This document shows, piece by piece, positions 59,439 to 64,000 of a stretch of 64,000 nt of DNA (the first letter of the stretch is position 1; each line of letters starts with the position of its first letter). The position numbers and the translations under genes are program-made. Source of the DNA: Euryarchaeota archaeon UBA130 (GTDB taxonomy: Archaea > Thermoplasmatota > Poseidoniia > Poseidoniales > Thalassarchaeaceae); the NCBI GenBank assembly GCA_002505775.1, contig DAVY01000006.1, positions 9,318 through 73,317 on the forward strand, in the 5' to 3' direction. The notes below the pieces were generated by a model. That model was not told where the DNA came from. It did no database searches and saw only the letters and a program-made list of their open reading frames with translations.

Positions 59439-61703
59439 CTATTTTCGCTTTCTTCTCTTGTTCATCGATTTTAGTTTTGATATTATCTTACTAGCTTCCG
59501 ATTTTGTGATATCGGACTCTTCTGCCAATTCTGCCATGGCTAAAACATCTCTCATTGGAAGGCCCTGCTTCTCTGCCATACTCTTTATCAAATCAATTTG
59601 TGGTTCTGATGCTGGTAGTGACTCATTGACTTCTTTCATGAGTCCAATAAGCACACTGGCAGTGCCATTCCTTCCTCCTGTCAGCTCTGAAAAATCTGAT
59701 ACATCAATCAACTTCAATGCCTGCTCCTCTGAGATATTTGATTTATCGATTAGCGAGGTCAGGTAATTTATCTGCTTCTCACTAGGTTTTGGACCTCCAT
59801 TTTCGCCTTCAGTTGCAATCAGTTTCTCTATTAATTCGCTTGCCTCATTACCCGTAAGATCCGGAATTTCTTTCCCATCCAATAACTCTAGTTGTTTTTC
59901 TTCTGGCAAATGGACAATTCTATTCTCTATGGCCCATATCTGTTTTGGGGTGGGCCTACTTCTTCGAATTTCTAATGCATTATCGTGAGCGACTTTGAAA
60001 GATTTCGTAAATGAATCCCACATCTCTGAGCCAGAAATCTCCCCTTCTTCTATCATATCAAGACGCTTCTCCATATCCGCAGTAAACTCCGATGAGAACA
60101 ATTTATTTTCTTCATTCTGATTATTATAGATTGGTGCTACCTCTGTCCATAAAACCATGCCGTTTTCACTCGGAGTAAGTGACCCGCTATCATTGGATAC
60201 ATACTTTCTATCGATGAGTTTCTGGACAGTACTGACATATGTGGAAGGCCTACCTATTCCTGCAGATTTCATCTTCTTGACAATTGAGCTTTCTGTAAAC
60301 CTCCGAGGGGGCTTTGTCTCGTCAGTGGTCTTTACTGGGTTATCTTCTTTTTCATCAATTTCCCATACCGATCCTTCTACCATATCGTACTTAGGTTCGA
60401 CAATTCTAGGAGATGGTAGAAATTGTTCTGATGCAGCCTCCCATCCGGCATGTATTCTCCAAGATGCCGTACCAGAAATAGTCAAATCTGTCCCCGTCAC
60501 GCTTGCAGAAATTTCTCTCTTCTCTCTAACGGAATTGGACATCTGACTAGAAATAAACCTAGATCTGATTAGAGAATAAAGCCTAGTTGAATCTTCATCG
60601 ACATCCTGAATCTCGTCTAATTTTGGGTCTGTAGGCCTAATGGCCTCATGTGCGTCTTGGACATTAGTACTCCCCTTTTTGTCGTCAGGGCCTAATGATC
60701 CATCTCCTAGGAACTCCTGCCCATATTTTTCCAAGATTATTGTTTTTGCAGATTCTCTTGCAATAGAACTAGTCCTTGTAGAATCAGTACGTATGTAGGT
60801 AATATATCCCTTGTTGTACAAATCTGAAGCTATTTTGCTAGTTTTTGACATAGACCAACCAAGTGAACTGCTAGCCGATTGTAGCATAGTATCCGTTGTA
60901 AAAGGAGGTGGTGGTTTACGATTGGTCTTCCCAGTGTTAACCGACTTGACAGTAAATAAGCCAGATTGTTTTAGGGCACTGTAGGCCTCTTCAGCGAGCT
61001 CGTTTTTGAATGTCCTATCTGAAAAGAATTTTCCATTATCATCCTTCCAAGCATCGTCATCCGTGCTATTGTGAAACCTAAATTTAAACGTATATCCATC
61101 ACTAGATGCGTGCACGCTGTGATAAGGTATTGGAATATGTGAATCTCGTTCTATCTCCCTATCTACTATGTATCCCAATGTCGGTGTCTGAACTCTCCCC
61201 ATGGACCTAAGATTCCAACTCTTAGCAAATTTGGAGCATCTAAAACCAACAAGCCTATCCATAAATCTCCTTACCTTGGCGGCTTCAACCAAAGCATAGT
61301 CTATTTCACTGTGGTTTTCGACGGCAATCTCTACAGCTTGTTTGGTAATCTCGTTAAATGTAACTCTTGTTACAAACGGGAACTCGGAAAAAATATGCGC
61401 TAATCTCCATGCTATGAACTCTCCTTCTCGGTCTGGGTCGGTAGCGATGTACACTTCGCTAACATTATTTTTCCTAGCCTTGTCAAGAAGCTTCGTTACT
61501 ACCTTCTCTGCTCTATCTGTCCATTCCCATGGTGGATCGGGAAGTTTACCTTTTTCTGATGCCCACATCGCCTTGCTACCATTTTTTCCAGACCGTGGTA
61601 AATCTTGTACATGACCAAAACATGCTTCTACTATCCATCCTTTTCCAAGATATTTTTTTACTGTCTTACCCTTAGCTCCCGATTCGAGTATCATTAGCTT
61701 CAT
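59439..61703 (-). CDS. topA: DNA topoisomerase IA
   Basis: ILES..K, ATDPDREGE, GRVQTPTL, ITYIRTDS (active Tyr), AHEAIRPT, GIGRPSTY. Confidence 0.98.
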   Translation of the reverse strand: MKLMILESGAKGKTVKKYLGKGWIVEACFGHVQDLPRSGKNGSKAMWASEKGKLPDPPWEWTDRAEKVVTKLLDKARKNNVSEVYIATDPDREGEFIAWRLAHIFSEFPFVTRVTFNEITKQAVEIAVENHSEIDYALVEAAKVRRFMDRLVGFRCSKFAKSWNLRSMGRVQTPTLGYIVDREIERDSHIPIPYHSVHASSDGYTFKFRFHNSTDDDAWKDDNGKFFSDRTFKNELAEEAYSALKQSGLFTVKSVNTGKTNRKPPPPFTTDTMLQSASSSLGWSMSKTSKIASDLYNKGYITYIRTDSTRTSSIARESAKTIILEKYGQEFLGDGSLGPDDKKGSTNVQDAHEAIRPTDPKLDEIQDVDEDSTRLYSLIRSRFISSQMSNSVREKREISASVTGTDLTISGTASWRIHAGWEAASEQFLPSPRIVEPKYDMVEGSVWEIDEKEDNPVKTTDETKPPRRFTESSIVKKMKSAGIGRPSTYVSTVQKLIDRKYVSNDSGSLTPSENGMVLWTEVAPIYNNQNEENKLFSSEFTADMEKRLDMIEEGEISGSEMWDSFTKSFKVAHDNALEIRRSRPTPKQIWAIENRIVHLPEEKQLELLDGKEIPDLTGNEASELIEKLIATEGENGGPKPSEKQINYLTSLIDKSNISEEQALKLIDVSDFSELTGGRNGTASVLIGLMKEVNESLPASEPQIDLIKSMAEKQGLPMRDVLAMAELAEESDITKSEASKIISKLKSMNKRRKRK

Positions 61704-61754
61704 GGTAACACCTCAGTTTTTCGTCGTCGATGTTCCTTCCCCTCGATATTCCCC

Positions 61755-61761
61755 GTATAAA
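61755..61761 (-). promoter_or_regulatory. Putative TATA box of topA (TTTATAC)
   Basis: About 50 nt upstream of the topA ATG, which has a GAGGTG Shine-Dalgarno. Confidence 0.5.
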
Positions 61762-61785
61762 CATGAGTGATGTTGGAGCAGTACA

Positions 61786-61810
61786 ACGCGCGCACGCGCG
61801 GGCACACGTG
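61786..61810. repeat. Alternating purine-pyrimidine tract ACGCGCGCACGCGCG-G-GCACACGTG
   Basis: Read directly; intergenic, upstream of topA. Confidence 0.75.
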
Positions 61811-61815
61811 AGACG

Positions 61816-62220
61816 TCAGTAACTTCTAGCCGATATTTCATCCCACGGTCCTTCTGATCCGGGTCCTCCACATCCTATACAACCCGGGTAACCTGCAGAT
61901 GCTAATGAAGTGACCATCAACCTGAAATCCTCCCAATATTGTCCACTATCAGATCTTTTTGAATTTACCCAACAATAAGTTAAATCTGGTTCATCTACAC
62001 CTATTAAGAAATTTTCATTTTCCCCGTTATGATATCTTATTTCTTTCCCATTTGAACAGAGAATGATGGGAGGATCAATCTTAGACGGTACAAGATCAGA
62101 TATCGTTAATATCAATTTTTCAGATTCTGAAAGGAGATCTCTTGGCACGTAAAGCGACCCCCCGTTGGACCTTAGAAGCCTTCTAGCCGCCTCCCTCAAG
62201 GAGTCAGTATATGTGGCCAT
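61816..62220 (-). CDS. Hypothetical protein
   Basis: 134-aa ORF filling the gap; C-terminal GYPGCIGCGGPG. Confidence 0.65.
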   Translation of the reverse strand: MATYTDSLREAARRLLRSNGGSLYVPRDLLSESEKLILTISDLVPSKIDPPIILCSNGKEIRYHNGENENFLIGVDEPDLTYCWVNSKRSDSGQYWEDFRLMVTSLASAGYPGCIGCGGPGSEGPWDEISARSY

Positions 62221-62271
62221 GACTACGCGACCATGCGTAACTATTCAAGAGTGCGTTGTTATCGCGTTAAC

Positions 62272-63375
62272 ATGGGCCTCGGATGGAGACTATTGGCGAG
62301 GCCAGTTATTTCCAGATTGGACTCAGAGAGATCTCATGATCTCGCCTTAGGTACTTTGTCCAAATTTGATAAATCTAATTTCGGGAAATCGGTATTAAGT
62401 CGTATGTACAAATCCCCAGAGCTCCCCATTCACACTCTTGGTAGATTATTCCACCATCCTTTAGGTCTAGCAGCTGGCATGGACAAAGGAGCCAGAGCTC
62501 TTTCAGCATGGCCTGCTTTAGGGTTTTCTTGGATAGAGTATGGAGGAATCACTAGATACCCACAAGACGGGAATCCCAAGCCTAGGATGTTCCGTGCCAA
62601 TTCTGAAAGAGCATTGGTCAATAGTATGGGATTCAATAATCCTGGTTCCTCATCTCTCAGGGATTCTCTTGTAGATAGAAAGTCGTCAGGGAACTGGCCC
62701 AATGTACCAATAGCCGCAAATATTGGGCGCTCAAAGAAGGTAGATAATGAGCAAGCACCCAGGGACTATTCCCATACACTAGATACACTTTGGGGACATG
62801 CCGATATGTTTGTGCTAAATGTCTCATCCCCGAATACTCCGGGCCTAAGGAATCTCCAAAATGAAGATTTATTGCGAAATGTCCTTAGAGAGTGCACTAA
62901 GGTTCGTGAAAAATATAATTCCAATAAACCACTTTTGTTGAAACTTTCCCCAGATAATGATGATGAGTTAATTTCCGAGATGGCAGACATCTCAATAAAA
63001 TATGGAATTGACGGCATTGTCGCTACAAATACTACGATTTCTAGACCCGAGCCTAAGAATACTCAATCAAGGATAGCTTTCTCCCAATCGGGAGGCGTAT
63101 CCGGCAAGCCCCTCCACAAGAGATCCCTCGAAGTAATTTCCAATATTTACAATCACACCCAGGGGAAAATAACCATAGTGGGCGTAGGGGGCATAGATTC
63201 ACCAGATAGCGCCTGGAAATCAATACAAGCAGGCGCTAGCTTGATACAATTGTATTCTGGCTTGGTCTTCAACGGTCCAGGAGTAACATCTTCTATTGTT
63301 AGAGGGCTGAAAAGTAGAGTTAAAGAATATGGATTCAGTGGAATCACTGAAGCAGTGGGAAACGCCCACAAGTAG
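62272..63375 (+). CDS. pyrD: Quinone-dependent (class 2) dihydroorotate dehydrogenase
   Basis: GLAAGMDK, PQDGNPKPRMFR, NVSSPNTPGLR, KLSPD, TNTT, SGKPL. Confidence 0.97.
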   Translation: MGLGWRLLARPVISRLDSERSHDLALGTLSKFDKSNFGKSVLSRMYKSPELPIHTLGRLFHHPLGLAAGMDKGARALSAWPALGFSWIEYGGITRYPQDGNPKPRMFRANSERALVNSMGFNNPGSSSLRDSLVDRKSSGNWPNVPIAANIGRSKKVDNEQAPRDYSHTLDTLWGHADMFVLNVSSPNTPGLRNLQNEDLLRNVLRECTKVREKYNSNKPLLLKLSPDNDDELISEMADISIKYGIDGIVATNTTISRPEPKNTQSRIAFSQSGGVSGKPLHKRSLEVISNIYNHTQGKITIVGVGGIDSPDSAWKSIQAGASLIQLYSGLVFNGPGVTSSIVRGLKSRVKEYGFSGITEAVGNAHK

Positions 63376-63407
63376 TAGTAATGTTCTCTTTAATACCAGG
63401 TGGAAAA

Positions 63408-63791
63408 ATGTCATTGAATCGTAATAATCGACTATTTGTTATCGGCGGATCGATAATCGTGCTGGTAATTATGATGCTAGCAACAGTCGACCCAGAGACT
63501 CAATATTACATTGACAATGTCATGGATGATCCTGAGGATTACACTGGCGATGTTCATATCAGGGGGGAGGTCTTGGAAGGCTCAGTGGACGTTGAAAACT
63601 ACACTTTCGTTTTGACCGGTGTTAACCATATGCTGTTGGTTGACTTCCATGGCGCAGCAGTACCAGATGGATTTAGTGAAGGAAAAACAATCGCAATCAA
63701 GGGAACATTGTCATCTTCCTCTGGAGAGTGGATTCTAGATGCTAAAGAGATTCAAACTGGGTGCCCATCAAAATATGAATCAGCAGAATAA
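63408..63791 (+). CDS. ccmE: Cytochrome c maturation heme chaperone CcmE, CxxxY variant
   Basis: N-terminal TM, YY, RGEV..GSV, VPDGF.EG, EIQTGCPSKY. Confidence 0.88.
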   Translation: MSLNRNNRLFVIGGSIIVLVIMMLATVDPETQYYIDNVMDDPEDYTGDVHIRGEVLEGSVDVENYTFVLTGVNHMLLVDFHGAAVPDGFSEGKTIAIKGTLSSSSGEWILDAKEIQTGCPSKYESAE

Positions 63792-63829
63792 TGGCCCCGA
63801 TTCTTTCAAATGCCAAATCTCCCCGGGTA

Positions 63830-64000
63830 GTACGGGCTAGGGGGGGTGTTGACGTACTCTATTTTTCACAAATCGTCGATAATGGTGACCTGAAGTCCGA
63901 GGGCGGCGTAAACGAAGCAATTGGATCCTGCTGGTTGACTACGACGCCTCGCCCCCAAGAGATGCAGGTTGTTGGGAGGGTCACCCGGAGGGGTCACCTA
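63830..64000 (+). ncRNA. ffs: Archaeal SRP (7S) RNA, 5' part, truncated by window end
   Basis: GC-rich non-coding stretch with GGGCTAGG start, CGAT, GAAGTCCGAGGG...ACGACGCCTCGCCC and a CCC-GGAG-GGG helix-6-like loop, matching the archaeal SRP RNA layout from memory; helix 8 lies outside the window. Confidence 0.8.

Noticed and set aside
1247-63414. Numerous short antisense or alternate-frame ORFs in the track
   Set aside because: Shadow ORFs nested in well-supported genes, Ser/Ile/Leu-rich and without motifs.
63792-64000. RNase P RNA or rRNA start
   Set aside because: No GAGGAAAGTCC motif; the layout fits SRP RNA better.
1-64000. CRISPR array, transposase, prophage or defence island
   Set aside because: No spaced direct repeats or diagnostic proteins noticed by eye.

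Overview
Gene-dense archaeal chromosomal segment, most consistent with Marine Group II Euryarchaeota (Poseidoniales, Thermoplasmatota). The assignment rests on the archaeal RNA polymerase operon with unsplit rpoB, proteasome, aCPSF1, eS1/eL30 and geranylgeranyl reductase, mixed with bacterial-type thyA-folA, plsC, mdh, pntAB, class 2 pyrD and mqnC. Two tRNAs (Lys-TTT, Pro-TGG) and the 5' part of the SRP RNA are present. I saw no mobile element, CRISPR array or prophage. Main unexplained signals: (1) a b6f-like Rieske/cytochrome b operon headed by a secreted, membrane-anchored beta-rich protein with a contracted CxCH motif placed like the cytochrome f heme motif, plus a paralog next to pntAB/tatC and a Cys-type CcmE; (2) the same extra N-terminal helical domain fused to both Rpo5 and Rpo1C, and a Zn-finger-like insertion in the Rpo1N dock region; (3) four paralogous coiled-coil proteins around a membrane/Zn-ribbon gene cluster; (4) an alternating purine-pyrimidine (Z-DNA-prone) tract just upstream of the putative topA promoter. 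All calls come from reading motifs; no database search was run.
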